Assembly (NCBI GenBank): GCA_951406725.2
Contig: OX597818.1
Coordinates: 39,742,001 to 39,806,000, forward strand
DNA: 64,000 nucleotides
Reading direction: 5' to 3'
From: Octopus vulgaris
Taxonomy: Eukaryota
Shown: piece after piece, positions 1 to 54,668 of the stretch
How the letters are laid out: each line of letters begins with the position of its first letter
Numbering within the stretch: position 1 is the first letter of the stretch
The notes under the pieces: model-generated
Database searches by the model: none
What the model was told of the DNA's origin: nothing
What the model saw: only the letters and a program-made list of their open reading frames with translations
Translations under genes and position numbers: made by a program

Positions 1-59
1 AGCCTTGTGAGTGGATTTGGTAGCTGAAAACTGAAAGAAGCCCGTCGTATATATGTATG

Positions 60-118
<59 letters not shown>

Positions 119-744
119 ATACACATATATACAAGATAAGAAAATGGAGAAATACATCTAAATCAAATATCAATTACCAGATAATACTCAATCACATACT
201 TTATTAAACCACACAAAGAGACTGTAGGTTAAATATAAAAGCAGAACAAATCAGTGTACATAAAGGAATGTACATAAAAAAGTGTACATAAAAGATGTAC
301 ATACATATATATTTTTATGTACATTCCTTTTTACCAATCAATACTTTATTAAACCACACATGATTTAAAAACAGAACAAATCAGTTCATAAAGGAATGTA
401 CATAAAAAGTGTACATAAAAGTGTACATACACTTTTTTATGTACCTACTGATTTGTTCTGCTTTTTATATTTAACCCTACAGTCTTATGTGGTGGTTTAA
501 TAAAGTATGTGATTGAGTATTATCTGGTAATTGATATTTGATTTAGATGTATTTCTCCATTTTCTTATCTTGTATTAGTAATTTGTGGTAAATCATTTTA
601 CCTTTGCCCATATAATACAGTAAATGAATTGATTGCATCGCAATCATTAACATTTATGTATTAACTTTGTTGGGTACTTCACTAGCAGTATTTTGGATAT
701 ATGTTATCCCATGGAGGGTTGCATTTACAACCCCTATCTCAATT

Positions 745-790
<46 letters not shown>

Positions 791-996
791 TGTGTGTATA
801 TGTCTGTGTTTGTCCCCCCAACATCGCTTGACAACCGATGCTGGTGTGTTTACGTTCTCGTAACTTAGCGGTTTGGCAAAAGAGACCGATAGAATAAGTA
901 CTAGGCTTACAAAGAATAAGTCCTGGGGTCAATTTGCTCGAGTAAAGGTGGTGCTCCAGCATGGCCACAGTCAAATGACTGGAACAAGTAAAAGAG
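1..996 (+). mobile_element. tRNA-derived SINE family A, split by about 620 bp inserted in its internal (TA)n/(TG)n tract
   Basis: 1-55 and about 790-996 match consecutive parts of the intact copy at 28209-28622. Confidence 0.75.
129..575. repeat. Fold-back (long inverted repeat) element
   Basis: 129-~290 is the near-perfect reverse complement of ~420-575. Confidence 0.85.
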
Positions 997-1003
997 TATT
1001 TGC

Positions 1004-1442
1004 TGATTGAAATAAAAAAAAAAATGTGGCATCACAAGACGGTTACAATACCAGTGATTGTAGGAGCACTTGGAATAATTAAAAAGGAACTGAAAATCAT
1101 TTAAGAATGATCCCTGGCTTACCATCCATGCAAAAAGTGCAAAAGATTATCTTTGCTGGTACATCACACGTATTGAGAAGCGCATTATAGCTGTAAATTT
1201 TCTTTCCTTTTTCCCCCTTTATTTTCATTTTTCATTTCTTTTCCTATTTTTAGAGATTTAAAAAATTTTCCTTTCCTTTTTTTCTTTATTCCTTTCTTCT
1301 CCTTTTTCTTCTATTACATGACTTTGTAAATGAATAATCTGGTGTGTTTATTTTGATGGCCAACGAATGTATACAGTGAGTTTCTTTACCCTAGATGTTG
1401 GGAAGACACTCAGCCAGAAATGGAAACAAATTTGAAAGAAGA

Positions 1443-1537
<95 letters not shown>

Positions 1538-1563
1538 CTAGTAGTAGTAGTAGTAGTAGTAGT
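1004..1563 (+). mobile_element. 3' fragment of an R4/Dong-like RLE LINE with (AAT)n(AGT)n tail
   Basis: Translates as KMWH..TVTIPVIVGALGIIKK...VQKIIFAGTSHVLRSAL*, the same C-terminus as the copies at 28.7, 29.5 and 40 kb. Confidence 0.7.
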
Positions 1564-1692
1564 AAAAGAAGTGAAATAGAACCAGTGCATATGTTTATTT
1601 GTGGCATTGTGACCCTCCCAAGATTCAAAAATTTCTATGAAATGTTTTACTTCAGTTGAAGTGAAAAGTTTTTAAAGAATAAAGTAACATAC

Positions 1693-41841
<40,149 letters not shown>

Positions 41842-42464
41842 TCCTTGAAGGAAACTTACATGCAAGAAAATAAGTAACCTAGAGGATCGAGCTTTCTTCG
41901 ATGTGTCAGAAATAGCCTTTAACAATTTTTGTTTTCTCTTGTTCTTGTAATATGTCAAAGAATGTGTTTCCTATGAATTTCTGTAAAAAATATTTAAAAA
42001 ATGAAGATTAGTATAGGAATTTTGCTGACCCTCAATCGTTTTCTCTCTTTCTTTCACTTTGACTTGCCTTACCGATATTTAAATAAATATGTTAGACTAA
42101 AGGCATATACACACTCTACAGATGAATACAGCAAGCCATGTGGTTGAGAAGTTTGCTTGGATTTTCTCGTGGTTCCAGATTCGATCACACTGGCAGGTAC
42201 CTTCAAAGTGAATTCTGTATTTCTAAATAAAATACATACATGTATCTGTATTCAACTGGTTCAACAAGCCATAAGGTGTGACTTGAAGTCCTATTCAATA
42301 CAAACTCGTATGTGTGTGTGTGTGTGTGTGTGTGTGCATGTGTGTGTGTGTGTGTGTGCGTGTGTGTATGTGTGTGCGTGTGTGTGTGTGAGTATGCATT
42401 CATAATACACACACACATACAAATAAAGGTATAGATGGATATGTTGTGACACTACTCAGAAGGC

Positions 42465-43086
42465 TGTAATATCATTTGACAGGAAAACAGTATAATGAAA
42501 TACATGGAACAAGGTGGTAACTTTAAACGTCTTTAATGTCAGCTCCACGTGTATATACACAAGCTGAATGATAAATGGAAGTGGTTGATAGACATGTATT
42601 CATATATCTACATGCATCTGCCTGGGTTGTATGTTTGCTGTTAACCCTGGTGAAGAAGTTCACGAACAGCGATATGTTAGAACCTGTGCAGTGTTGTCGG
42701 TGCTGTATAGAGATGTTGCTAACGATGTTGGTGAGAGACATGATGGTGGCGATGAAGATGGAGGTCACTGTAATGTGGTCAGTGGTTTGACCTTAGAAGG
42801 TCTGGAAGCAAAAGACCCCGAGGCTTGGAGGAAGTGAGTTTTTATAGCTAACGGTAGGCTCAAATGTAGTTTAGAATAGACTTCTCACATGATTCATTTG
42901 GAGTGGCAATTGGTTAGGTTGCATATTGGCGTGCGATAGAGTAAGAGACAAATTTGCGCCAATACCAACCAATCAGAGTAATAGACACAACGGGGTCCTA
43001 ATCAGCGTCAAAGGTTAGCTGTTACCTGCAACGTTCGTATGTATGTATAATTAATAGAGAGAGGAAGCTCATTAGAGTTCGCTACA
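42465..43086 (-). mobile_element. Solo LTR (622 bp) with perfect 5-bp TSD
   Basis: TG...CA ends (TGTAA/CTACA), AAGGC on both sides, CCAAT boxes and minus-strand TATAAAAA at ~42839-42846; related to the LTRs at 43.9 and 46.5 kb. Confidence 0.75.
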
Positions 43087-43887
43087 AAGGCGTACCAAAA
43101 ATACGAAACAATAAATTCTTCATTTATTAAAATTTTCTCTAACTCTAAAAGATGTGTGTTTGTGCGTGCGTGTGTGCGTGTGTGTGTGTGTGCGTGCGTG
43201 CGTGCGTGTGTGTGTGCGTGCGTGTGTGTGTGTATATGTTAACATACATTAGTTTTTTGGGTCTAATGAAAATAAAAACTCCTGCTATTTCCACTTTCAG
43301 CTACTTCCCATATTATTTTATACATATTTACCTAGTCATATTTCGCGCTATCTTATTTTCTATTTATCTGCTTCGTTGTTTATTTTTTATTATTTTTCAT
43401 TGATTATAATCTGGGAATTATCTCCCCTGCTCTGCTGCTCAAAGGATTCTTTTGGCTGAATCACGTAACATTTCACACAATGATAACATGAAAACCCTAT
43501 TTAACCAGTGGAATGTGCATGTTTTTATCTTTTATCAGTCGTGTTCTATATCATCTGTTTCTGTTTTGCCCTTATATATAGTTTGCCATCGCGAGCCTCG
43601 TTGTGATCTCGAACATGGCAAATGGATGCTGGTGAGGTTTCGCTCCAGTCTCGGAGATGGCAATGACTGCCGCAAGATCTCATCCAATATGGCGCTGACT
43701 GCTTGTGCCACTACAAGACTATAAAACGGTACATCTGTTGCGCAGTACATTAGAAATTTCTTTGACATGTACATTAACATTATGGGTGGTTTTTATTGTT
43801 GCATATTTTTATACATATTTAATGTGGCTTTTATTGTTTCTGTCACTGAAATGTTGCTGAGCAGACCCTGTACACCCATAATAAAGT

Positions 43888-44809
43888 TGTAGCGCTTAGG
43901 GAAATACATTATCCCTCTTTGAGAGATATCATATAAATGAGGACGTGGCAGATAACAGCCATCCTTCGGCTGCTTAGGCCCAGTTGTGCCCGCTATTCTG
44001 ATTGGTTGGTTTTGGAGCATTTTATCTCTTGCTTTATTTCGCGCCAATGTGTAAACCAACCAATCGCAACCTTCAGATAAGGTCCCGTGACACAGTCTTC
44101 TAGGTTCTTCTCTGGAGCCCACTAATCTCTTTATAAGGCTAGATCAACAAACCATTATTCGTCTTTGGTCCTAGACCATTGACCACAGAGCATCCAGCGA
44201 CAGATAGCCAGTTCGAGCGACTCAGCCATGTTCCTGCGACAGACAGCGACGACACCAACACCACCGCAGTATTTCATGACCTTTCTCCACCGTCGACTTC
44301 AACAATATGTACACATCAACATCGTCCAGGTTTAACTTCATGCTGTTTGTGAATACTCACCAAGGTTAACAGCTCAGTCTGCCTGCAAGAACTTTCTGTA
44401 CAAAGTAACCCGGCATAGGATAGAAGCCACAACCTCTACACGCGTAGTAACCGGCTCTCCACTTTGTAGCCTCAGCTTCTCTGTTACAGAATCTCTGCTA
44501 TTGTGTTCATTACTACGAACTGATAATTATCTCCATTTGTGTCTGGACACTCTTTCTATGCTCTGTATTGTTATGTACACACTTATAACGCACACACGTA
44601 CACAAATACACACACATACACACACTTGTCGCACTCACGAACACACACTCTGCTACTCACGAAGACATCTAAACAAAACCTTTTTCTTACATTACGGTTG
44701 TGTCGTCATATTATTCCTTTTGGCACTTATTTTGGCTTTATTGTAAGGCGACCGTGCAGTGTTTAAAGGAGACATTCGTCACCATCTCCTTTCGTATGGT
44801 CGCCCTACA
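43888..44809 (+). mobile_element. Solo LTR (922 bp)
   Basis: TGTAG...CTACA ends, CCAAT and TATA motifs; aligns along its length with the inverted copy 46478-47436; TSD not clean. Confidence 0.7.
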
Positions 44810-45656
44810 AAATACTCTATTTTACAGAATTTCTTCAGTTGACAGTATGCTTCGCGTATGTATAGTTTAGCAGTGTTGAAAAACATTTGAAGAACATTTG
44901 GATCTTTTCAGTTTTGCTTCTACTTTTCAATTCCTCCAATTTTGTTCCAATTGATTTCAAATTTGGTGTAGTAATTTTGTATGTTCATTATTGACATGAA
45001 ATTTATTTTCACCATAAATCAGTAAATAAACAGTTAATAGCTTTTAAAGTTTACAAATTTTGGATAATCTTAGCCAATCAAAAGCCACAGAAATATAGGT
45101 GCCTGTTTCCATAGTAACAAGTCAAGCGGGGGAAAAGCGTTTGCGAAAAACCACCTGTTTACAAACTGATATTTAACGCTGTGCTTTCCAACTTCTACCC
45201 GTCTTTTTTCTGCTCTTAAAACTACAAAATGTGTTGGTTACTCTTTTTCTTTTCGCATTAAATGCGTAAAACTACAAAATATGTGTTGTTTACTCATTTT
45301 TATTTTTTTTTTTTTGTCATTTTTAGCTTTTTGAATGCTTAAAACATGCGCTATCGTACAATGTTGACATTATTTTTGTCGTCTATGGTTGCAGTCACAC
45401 ACAAAATGACAGCTTCCAAATCCTGTTTTCTAACTCGGCGAAAGTTATCAAACTTTAAACCTCTGATTTAAAAAAATAAAAGAATAACTTTCTGGAACAA
45501 GTGAATTAAGCCATGAGATTCAGCGTGGAAAATTACATTATTATATCAAATTTGGAAATTTTCACTTAATTTTAAAATTTTAAAAAGTACAATCAAGCAG
45601 AAAAGATCTGAACATTTGTCTAGGTGTAGTTATACTTTTACACAATACTTGAATTG

Positions 45657-46000
45657 AAGCACTCACTCCGTCGGTTACGACGATGAGGGTTCCGGTTGAT
45701 CCGAATCAACAGAACAGCCTGCTCATGAAATTAACGTGTAAGTGGCTGAGCACTCCACAGACACGTGTACCCTTAACGTAGTTCTTGGGGATATTCAGCG
45801 TGACACAGAGAGTGACAAGGCCGGCCCTTTGAAATACAGGTACAACAGAAACAGGAAGTAAGAGTGAGAGAAAGTTGTGGTGAAAGAGTACAGCAGGGAT
45901 CACCACCATCCCTGCCGGAGCTTCGTGGAGCTTTAGGTGTTTTCGCTCAATAAACACTCACAACGCCCGGTCTGGGAATCGAAACCGCGATCCTATGACT
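45657..46000 (-). mobile_element. SINE family C, head truncated
   Basis: Reverse complement of 34637-34975. Confidence 0.85.
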
Positions 46001-46477
46001 TACATCGTACTTAATTGCATAAATATCCCACATTAAAATACAAATCCCAAACCGAAGAAAACACAATCATGAGTGAAAGAAAAAAGAAAAACATCAATTC
46101 AACACTAAGTGCATCAATTAGAGGCACACCATAAGGGTCAATGGAACCTATTGAAGCAAGCCAACACGATCGCGGTCTTTCCGTGGGTGATGGCAAGGCT
46201 AAAGCGTTGGAACATCATCTGACACTTCGGTAAGGAAAGTCCCTAACGATGACAAGAACTTTGTTATCAGCGGCCCAACTCCTCCAAATGCAACAGGCTG
46301 GAAGAAATGTTCACCGACAAGCCCTGATACCTACTTCTTTGTCGCTGGCTTAGAAGTAGATGACTTATCTAGGTTTGAGATACCATGAGTCGAGCAGGTT
46401 TGTTTCGTTTGTATATTTTTAAGGTTCCGTAGAATATGTGCTTGGTGGAATTCTCTTCAAAAATAAGGAAATGTAGT

Positions 46478-47436
46478 TGTAGAACGACCGTACGAAAGGA
46501 GATGGTCTCCTTTTAAACACCACACCGTTGCCTTATAATAAAAGCCAAATAAGAGTGCCAAAATGGAATAAGAAGAGAAGCCAACACAACCGTTAGAATG
46601 TTTAAGAGAAAAGGTTTTATTTAGGTGTTGACATGTGGGAAGCAGAGTGTTTGTGTACGTATGTGCGTTATAAGTACAAACAAGGTGTATGCGTGAGATA
46701 ACATTCAGAGCATGGAAATGAGTCTATAATGACGCTAGAAGTAATTCACACAAGATGGAGATAAATACCAGTTCGTAGTAAGATACACAATAGTTAGTTC
46801 TATAACAAAGAGGTTGGTGGTCACAAGGCAGATGCCGGTTGAACACATGTCGTATAGCGGTTGTGGCTTCAATGCTGTGCCGGGTTACTTGGTACAGAAA
46901 GTTCTCGCAGGTAGGCTAGATGTTAACTTTGGTGAGTATTTACAAACAGCTTGAAGTTTAAACCTGGGCGATGTTGATGTGTACGTATTGAGATGGTAGT
47001 GGAGACGACGTTAAGATTGAAAGGCGATGATAAGATTTAGGCGACGGTGAAGAAAAGTCCTGAAATGCTGCTGGTGGTGTTGGTGTCGCGGTCGCTGGAA
47101 CTGGAACTGGCTGAGTCGCTCTGTGGTCAGAGGTTAGTCCTAAGAAGGACTAGAACCAAAGACAAGTAATGGTTTGTTGTGACTAGCTTTTAAAGAGATT
47201 AGTTGGCTCAAACGAACTTTAGAAAAACAGTATCACGGGACCTTATCTGAAGGCTGCGATTGGTTGGTTTACACATTGGTACGAAATAAAGCAAGAGACA
47301 AAACTGCACCAAAACCAACCAATCAGAGCAGCGGACACAACTGGGCCTAAGCAGCCGAAGGCCGGCTGTTATACGCCACATCCGCATATGTATTATATCT
47401 CTCAAAGAGAGATAATGTATTTCACAAAGCGCTATA
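46478..47436 (-). mobile_element. Solo LTR (959 bp), inverted relative to 43888-44809
   Basis: Collinear reverse-complement similarity from end to end. Confidence 0.7.
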
Positions 47437-49309
47437 GTTTCATAAGCTTAACTTTTAAGTGGATTGTGACTTCTAATAAAGAAATTCACTGGATAAAGCA
47501 AGTATCAGACAGTGACGAATAATCTCTCAAACAGACCAAGTAATAGAACAAAATATGGGAAATACACTTTAATAAATTAACTGAATACCACATCTATTAA
47601 AAACACTTAAAGTGTATCAAATGAATTAAATGCATATTAAGAGGAAATTACATTAATACACTTTATAAAACCCGATAAAAAACACACCCAAAATACATTA
47701 TTTCAAATAGTTAATTAACTATATTAATATACTACGAAAACACTACAAATACAAACTTTATCAGCATCAATCAATAACATGTGTACAAGCAACGAAAAAC
47801 CAATGAGATTTATAAATTCGATTGCCAAGTTGTATAAACTTGACTGTAATTAGTTTCAAATTTTGACACTGAAAGGATGAAAGACAAGATCAGATTTGGT
47901 AACAATTAAAGTCAGAACGCGAAGACGGACGAAATACTGCTAAGTATTTTGCCTGGTGTGCCAATGACTCTATCAGCTCGCTGTCATATACTCTAACTGC
48001 AATATTGGTTGGGCAATTACAACACTTTCCACTGGTTTATCATGTCTTACAACAAAGAGAAATTATAAACACGACATGCAGCAAAACAACACTAGACAGA
48101 AATATGTTCGTAGACAACAGACCTAAACACTATAGAATTACCCACAAAATAGACGATTAAATACGTTAGTAGACAACAAATCTATGAAAATACACTTATA
48201 GAATTTTCCTCAGAATAGACGATTAGCGATCCTTTCAACTATAGCACAAGGTATGGAAATTTGAGAGAGAGTAAGGTTCATTACATCGTCCTCAGTATTC
48301 AACCGGCACTTATTTTATAGATCCATGGTATTTGAACTCAGAACATAAATCGGATGAAATGTCGCTAAGCATTTTATCGGGTGTGCTTAGGATAATTTAG
48401 CCAGTATTTCTGCTGTTCTAACGGCAACTCTGCGTTCGAAAAAGTATCATCTTATTTGTATCATAAATGGGTTAAAATAACATGAGTTAAAATAAGAACA
48501 GTAATAAACCAGTGAAGAGCAAATATATACTGTGCATATTTATTTGGCAAAAAAAAAAAACGACCATCTTGAAATACAACAATATCTGTTTCAACACACT
48601 ATTTCACATCAGGATTCTTGCAACACAAATTGATAAACGTAAAAAAAATAGCTTATAACAAACGCAATAATTCCTAGCATTACACATGGCATTCGCCAGC
48701 TCTCTTGTCGTGGACAACAGGAGGGTTCGGCAATTTCTTGTTGAACAATCTGCACAGATGACTTGTCTATAGTGATCAAATGTTTGTGCTATATAAGTTC
48801 ATTCCCTTCATCAAATCAACATAGTCTGTACAGGTGCATGTTGTTCCACACATCAGATGTGGATGCCATCGCAGAGCAACTTGAAATGAAGAGTTTTGCT
48901 CAATCCGAAAATCGAAACCACAATCTCACGATCATGAGTGCAACACCCTAAACTCTAGGCCACGCAACCTCTCATACATAGTATTGCATTGCAACGCCAA
49001 AATATACAAACAACGTCTCCAGTCGCAAAGAACAACAGACACTTGACTACAGGTGTGTCATTCTAACGGTCAAAATTCAGAATTCAGACACATAGTCCCG
49101 GCCTACTACTATAAACACGTGGCAACATACAGCAACACCACATCATCCCGAAGATGAGACTATGAAGGTCTAGTAACATTGATGGTGGATTTAAAAACAG
49201 TACAATTTCAAGCAAAATTACAAGGATCTCATACAAAAGTACAAAAATAAATCCTTGATAAAAAAAAAAGGGACAAAACTAGAACCCGCATATATGTATA
49301 CATTGTACA

Positions 49310-50408
49310 TACAGGTGACCCAAACAAAACAAAACCCACAAATCTTGAGGAAGTTTTGGGCATCATTAGGACGACGCAATGTGGTGGCGCAATGGCCTAG
49401 TGGTTAGGGCAGCGAACTCGCCGTCGGTGGATCGAGGTTTCGATTCTCAGACCGGGCATTGTGTGTGGCGTCCCCTGTTTACTCTTTCGCTCCAACTTGC
49501 TCTCACTCTTTCTTCTTGTTTCTTGAGTAACGCTGCGATGGATTGGCGTCCCGTCCAGCTGGGTGGGGGGGACATACGCCACAGAAACCGGGGAAACCGG
49601 GCCCATGAGCCTGGCTAGGCTTGAAAAGGGCGCATAAATAAAATAAAAAAAGGACGACTCAAAGGGATAGATCGAGATGAACAGTGGTTCCAGCAAGACA
49701 GGGCCACCCCAACGCATCAAATGACTCCCTAGCCTGGCTGAGAGAGCAATTTCAAGAGAGACTGATTGGCAGGAAGTGTGACGTTGAGTAGGCACCGCAT
49801 TCACCGGACTTGAATCCCTCCTCCAGATTTCTATCTGTGGGGATATCTCAAGGATAATGTTTACCAGAACAACCCTCAAACGACTGCTGGACCTTTGTAG
49901 GATTTGTAGGAAATGAGTTGGCACTGGATGGGTGCTTCACAGTTCCATATATAGTTCATGGGAGGAAAAGGCGAGGACAAGATCTCTCTGAACAAATAAC
50001 AATAATAATTTATTTCGCCTGAATAAACATTTCGTCTCTGGACATCGGTAGCCTGGACGCCTTGGTGGGCGAGAAGCAGCAGTGCTGGAAGTTAGACACA
50101 AAAATACAAAGGCATTTTGACAGACTCGCAACGTCGCTCTCCGTCAAAATTCCAGCTCCTCGGAGCTGGTCTAAGTTGCGTCCTGTCTGGTCAGAAGCCA
50201 GGGCCGAAGAAGATGAATGGGTGATCAAGCCTAGCTGCTGATGACTGTACATGCGCATAAGGGGCTTCCGTCAGATCTCCGGAAAGCTCTAATTCTATGC
50301 GCATGTGTGGATGAATGTTCCACAATGGCGTCTAGAACCAGGCGTCACTCCCGGTTTCATAACATTTTTATGGGTTCCGTTTTTTTTGTGGGGGTGAGGT
50401 CAGCTTGT
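49310..50408 (+). mobile_element. Tc1/mariner-superfamily remnant with a SINE inserted at ~49378-49650
   Basis: WFQQDRATP, APHSPDLNP and PDFYLWGYLKDNVY in 49680-49890; imperfect TA-CA(G) termini. Confidence 0.6.
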
Positions 50409-50424
50409 ATATATACTCACATAC

Positions 50425-50535
<111 letters not shown>

Positions 50536-50644
50536 GTATGTATATATGTATGTATATATGTAGAGAGAGATACAGTTATAGAGAGATATGTAGATGCGTG
50601 TATGTTTATCAAAAAATGTATATTACATGCACACTCAACTATCT

Positions 50645-51610
50645 ATTAGGTCGTGAAGATAGTTCTTGCGGTTTTTAACCTTTAAATTCAATACGGCCGA
50701 GCGTTGTCGTGGAGAAGAATTGGTCCTTTTCTATTGACCAATGCTGGCTATTGTTGTCGGAGTTTCTTATGCATTTCATCCATTTGCTGACAGTACTTCT
50801 CTGTCGTAATGGTTTCGCCTGAATCCAAAAAGTTGTGATGGATGAGACCTTCTTTTGGTGCAACTTTGGCTTTGAGAAGTGCCGTGAAGCTTCGTCGACG
50901 TCCAACCACTGAACTGAGAATCGCCGGTTGTCGTAAAGAATCCACTTTTCATTGCATGTCACAATCTGGTCGAGAAACGGGTCATTCTTGTTGCGTAAAA
51001 GAAGGGAAGACGACGTTTCAAAACGGCGTTTTTTTTGGTTTGTTTCTTTTTTTTTTATTGTCGTTCAATTCATGCGGCACCCATTTCTCAGTACTTTTGT
51101 TTTTCCAATCTCTTTCAAGTGGTTGGAAATTGTTGTATATGTTACGTCTAATTCAATGCAAGCTCTCGAACAGTTGTGCGTAGATTGGCTTCGACTGAGG
51201 CTCTTAGTTGATCGTTGTCAACATCCGATGGCCGACCACTACGTTTATCACCTTCAAGACTTTCGTCACCGTTACGAAATTCTTGAACCACCATTGTGCT
51301 GTACGTTCATTAGTGGTTCCTGGGCCAAACGCATCGTTGATATCGCGAGCTATTTCAGCAACTTTTCGACCTAACTTGAACTGGAATAAGAAAATTGTGC
51401 GAATTTGCTTTCTGTCCATGTTGAATTCAACGTTCCAGAGAAAATGGCCAAATTATTCAAAAAGAAAAAGAGTAACACGATTAGACAGAGCAAAAAACGG
51501 ACTTTAAAATGATATATAAAGTCAAAGTAATTTAATGAAAATTAATTTGAAAATACATCATTTAAAACCCAAATTAAAAATTCCACAAAAACTTTCTTGG
51601 CAACCTAATA
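50645..51610 (-). mobile_element. Internally deleted mariner
   Basis: MDRKQIRTIFLFQFKLG, TCNEKWILYDN and KPKLHQKK motifs; TIR-like ends TA-TTAGGT. Confidence 0.85.
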
Positions 51611-53101
51611 TATATATATATATATATAATTAACTAAGCAAAGTAATATGTATACATGTGTGTGTTTGTATTTCCCTCACCGTCTGACAATTGGTGTTGG
51701 TGTGTTTATGTCTCTGTAATTTAGCACTTCGGCAAAAAAAAAAAAAAATACCGATGAAATAAGTACCAGATTTAAAATAAGTTCTTGAGTCGATTTCGTT
51801 GATTTGACGTTTCAAGATGGTGCTCCAGCGCAGCTGCAGTCTAGTAACTGGAAGACGTAAAAAATTAAATGGAAAACAAACAATAGCAACATTGCTTTTC
51901 ATGTGCCATTCCTGTTTTACAGGCACCAGTGACCAGGGAACTCCGTACAAAGCGATACAATGGTGGATTCCTGTTGCATTTTGCTGGTTTATCTATTCTA
52001 TACTTTACTTGTCTCCTACTCTCTCGAATTAACCCTTAACTCTTTAGCATTTGAACCGGCTATATCTGGCCCGAATATTTTACTTATTTCATGTTCAAAC
52101 TGGCCAGATCAAGTCTCACATACCTAACCTACAATGTCATTCTAACAATAAACAATCACATCATTAAAATGTCAAGATAATGCAGGATTAATTCAAAAAC
52201 AATATGAATAAATAAGAATTACATTTGGTGGAGTAATCTGAATGCTAATGTGTTAAAACCTGTAGCCTATTTAACGCTTAGACTAGGGGACTGGTTCATG
52301 TAACGACAGAATATATTCATACACCCGTGGACCTGTGTGTCACCTGTCTACGAGTCGGCCTTCTTCCAAGATTTGGACGCCTTAGACACAATACCATCTT
52401 TAGTCATTTGACTTATAACTGGGGCCGTTAATATATACTATTACTGAAAACCAGAGCAAGACTGAGAGCAAAGATGACAAAGGAGTAACTCCTTACATTT
52501 CCAAATGCCTGAACTCCCGAAATGAAATATCAACACCGGAGGCAATATCATGTTTATCCTCGATATATATGACTAACATGTCTTTCAGTCACATAAATTC
52601 ACGTCCTATAGGATTATTTGATTCGGTAGATTTGTAAACCTTTATCATCATTTAAAAGTTGCATTTTAAGGGCCACCTCTGTTTGTATACGCGAAAAAAC
52701 ATTGCTCAATGTTTCTTCAAGCATAATATACTAGAAACTCTGTAGCTTGCATTATGCATTGGGAAATATGTAGAAAATTAGTGTTATGCAATACTATGGT
52801 AATGATACAAATGAATACAGAGACTGAAATGTAAACTTTATAAATATTTTACTAGTTCTGATATTTTGGATAAAATAAGCCCTTTCAAAAAATGTTACAA
52901 AAAACAAGAGAGAGAAGTATTTGTTAGCTTTATATGTGTGTGTGTCCGTGTGTATACAGATATATGTATGTATACATTTTTGCATATAATATACATATGT
53001 TTAGAATAATATTCTATTTTTTCTCTCGTTGTTTGCTTATTTAACTCATTTGTTTTCATATTTCATGTTGTTCACAGTTAGTGACGCCCTGCACCCATAT
53101 A

Positions 53102-53148
<47 letters not shown>

Positions 53149-53229
53149 TATTCTATTATTATTTAATTGAACGCCACGCATCCATTTCCAAGTAAGTATA
53201 TATACATAAATATATATACTCATACATAC

Positions 53230-54124
53230 ATACATACATATATGCATATGTGGAAATCTGTGGGTGTGTTTGTTTGTGGTGTTGTTATCTAACTCCTCTT
53301 ACATTGTTTTATCGACTTTGATGAAACTTGACACGTTAGTAGAACTCATGTTTGGAAAGTAATGACATACTTAGATTGTTGAAAAAATTGATAATAGGGC
53401 TCCTGGAAGGGATTCTTATGACTACTACATATAACTAATATATTATTTTTAAACATTCTAGGGAAATAACCCATTCGCTCCTGAAAGGGATCTTTATATA
53501 TTGCCAAGGGAAATAACCCATTCATGTTGGTAAATTATTTCGTATGAATAAAATTGAGTATGCTTATTTCTTAGTATTTGAACTATTTGAGTTATTTTCA
53601 CAATTTATCCAGTACAACCCTTTAACAAGTAAATAGTATTTTCCTAAACAATAGATCTACTTATTTTGGTTAGTGACTTATTCACGAATATTCCAGCACT
53701 AGCGCCGCTGAGGGGAATATTCTCTGCAAACGCACAAAAGCGTTTTTCAGAGTTATTTACTTTGAATTGTTATTATCTCATATCTGATTAGCCTATTATT
53801 ACATAACATTCTTCACGGTTTTAGTATACATACCTTATTAGTATTTCCTCCTAAGTCCTATATACTCTGGGAACGTATTAAGCCCTTTTGGGGGGATACT
53901 TTATTTGAATTCTTACTATCGGGTAATTTGGGTATTCATAACTTATTGGGAATTCCTAAAAACAAGATCCTATGTAAGACAGTTCGGTATCCTCAATAAA
54001 TGCACAAAAAGCGTTTTAAGGCTACATACTTTGTATTGTTGTTACTGGATTAGCGAAATAATTATGAGAATGGAACCAAAAGATAAGCCCCGCTTTTCCG
54101 GGAATTACCGGATACATCAGCTAG
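53230..54124 (+). mobile_element. Non-autonomous Helitron-like element
   Basis: 3' hairpin CCGGGAATTACCGG followed by CTAG; 5' boundary approximate. Confidence 0.5.
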
Positions 54125-54393
54125 TACATACATACATACATACATATGTAGGTGATATATTCTCATATTGGTATATAAGGGGATATAATCCAATGAAATA
54201 CATCAGCATGTTCACATTAATGCTATGTATGTATACAGACGTTTTATTTTAAATGAGATATGCATAGCAATTACGGATAAGAGATTCAATACAATTTTTT
54301 TTCTACGTGTATACCTTTATTGTATACTATGTGATTAAATATTTCATCGAGGAGGACTAAAATATATTTACTTATGTATTGTCAAGCATAACT

Positions 54394-54668
54394 AGGCACA
54401 TGTCCTAGTGGTTAGAGCAGCGGATTCGCAGTCGAGGAATCGCGGGTTCAAACTCAGACCGGGTCATGCGTGTGTTTATGAGCGAAACACCTAAGCTCCA
54501 CGCGGCTCTGGCAGAAGGTAATGGCGAACTTCTGCTGACTCTTTCGCCACAACTTTCTCTCGCTCTTTCCTCCTACATCTTGAAGCTCACCTGCGACGGA
54601 CCGGCGTCCCGTCCAGGTGGGGAACCTATACGCCAAGGAAATCGAGGCATGGCTCGAGAAGGAACAAA
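54394..54668 (+). mobile_element. tRNA-derived SINE family D with 12-bp TSD
   Basis: caagcataacta on both sides; A/B boxes; inserted in a palindromic element at ~54345-54785. Confidence 0.8.

Noticed and set aside
44810-46477. Inversion between the inverted LTRs, or a single large TIR transposon
   Set aside because: Flanking bases do not show swapped or shared TSDs, and no transposase lies between them.
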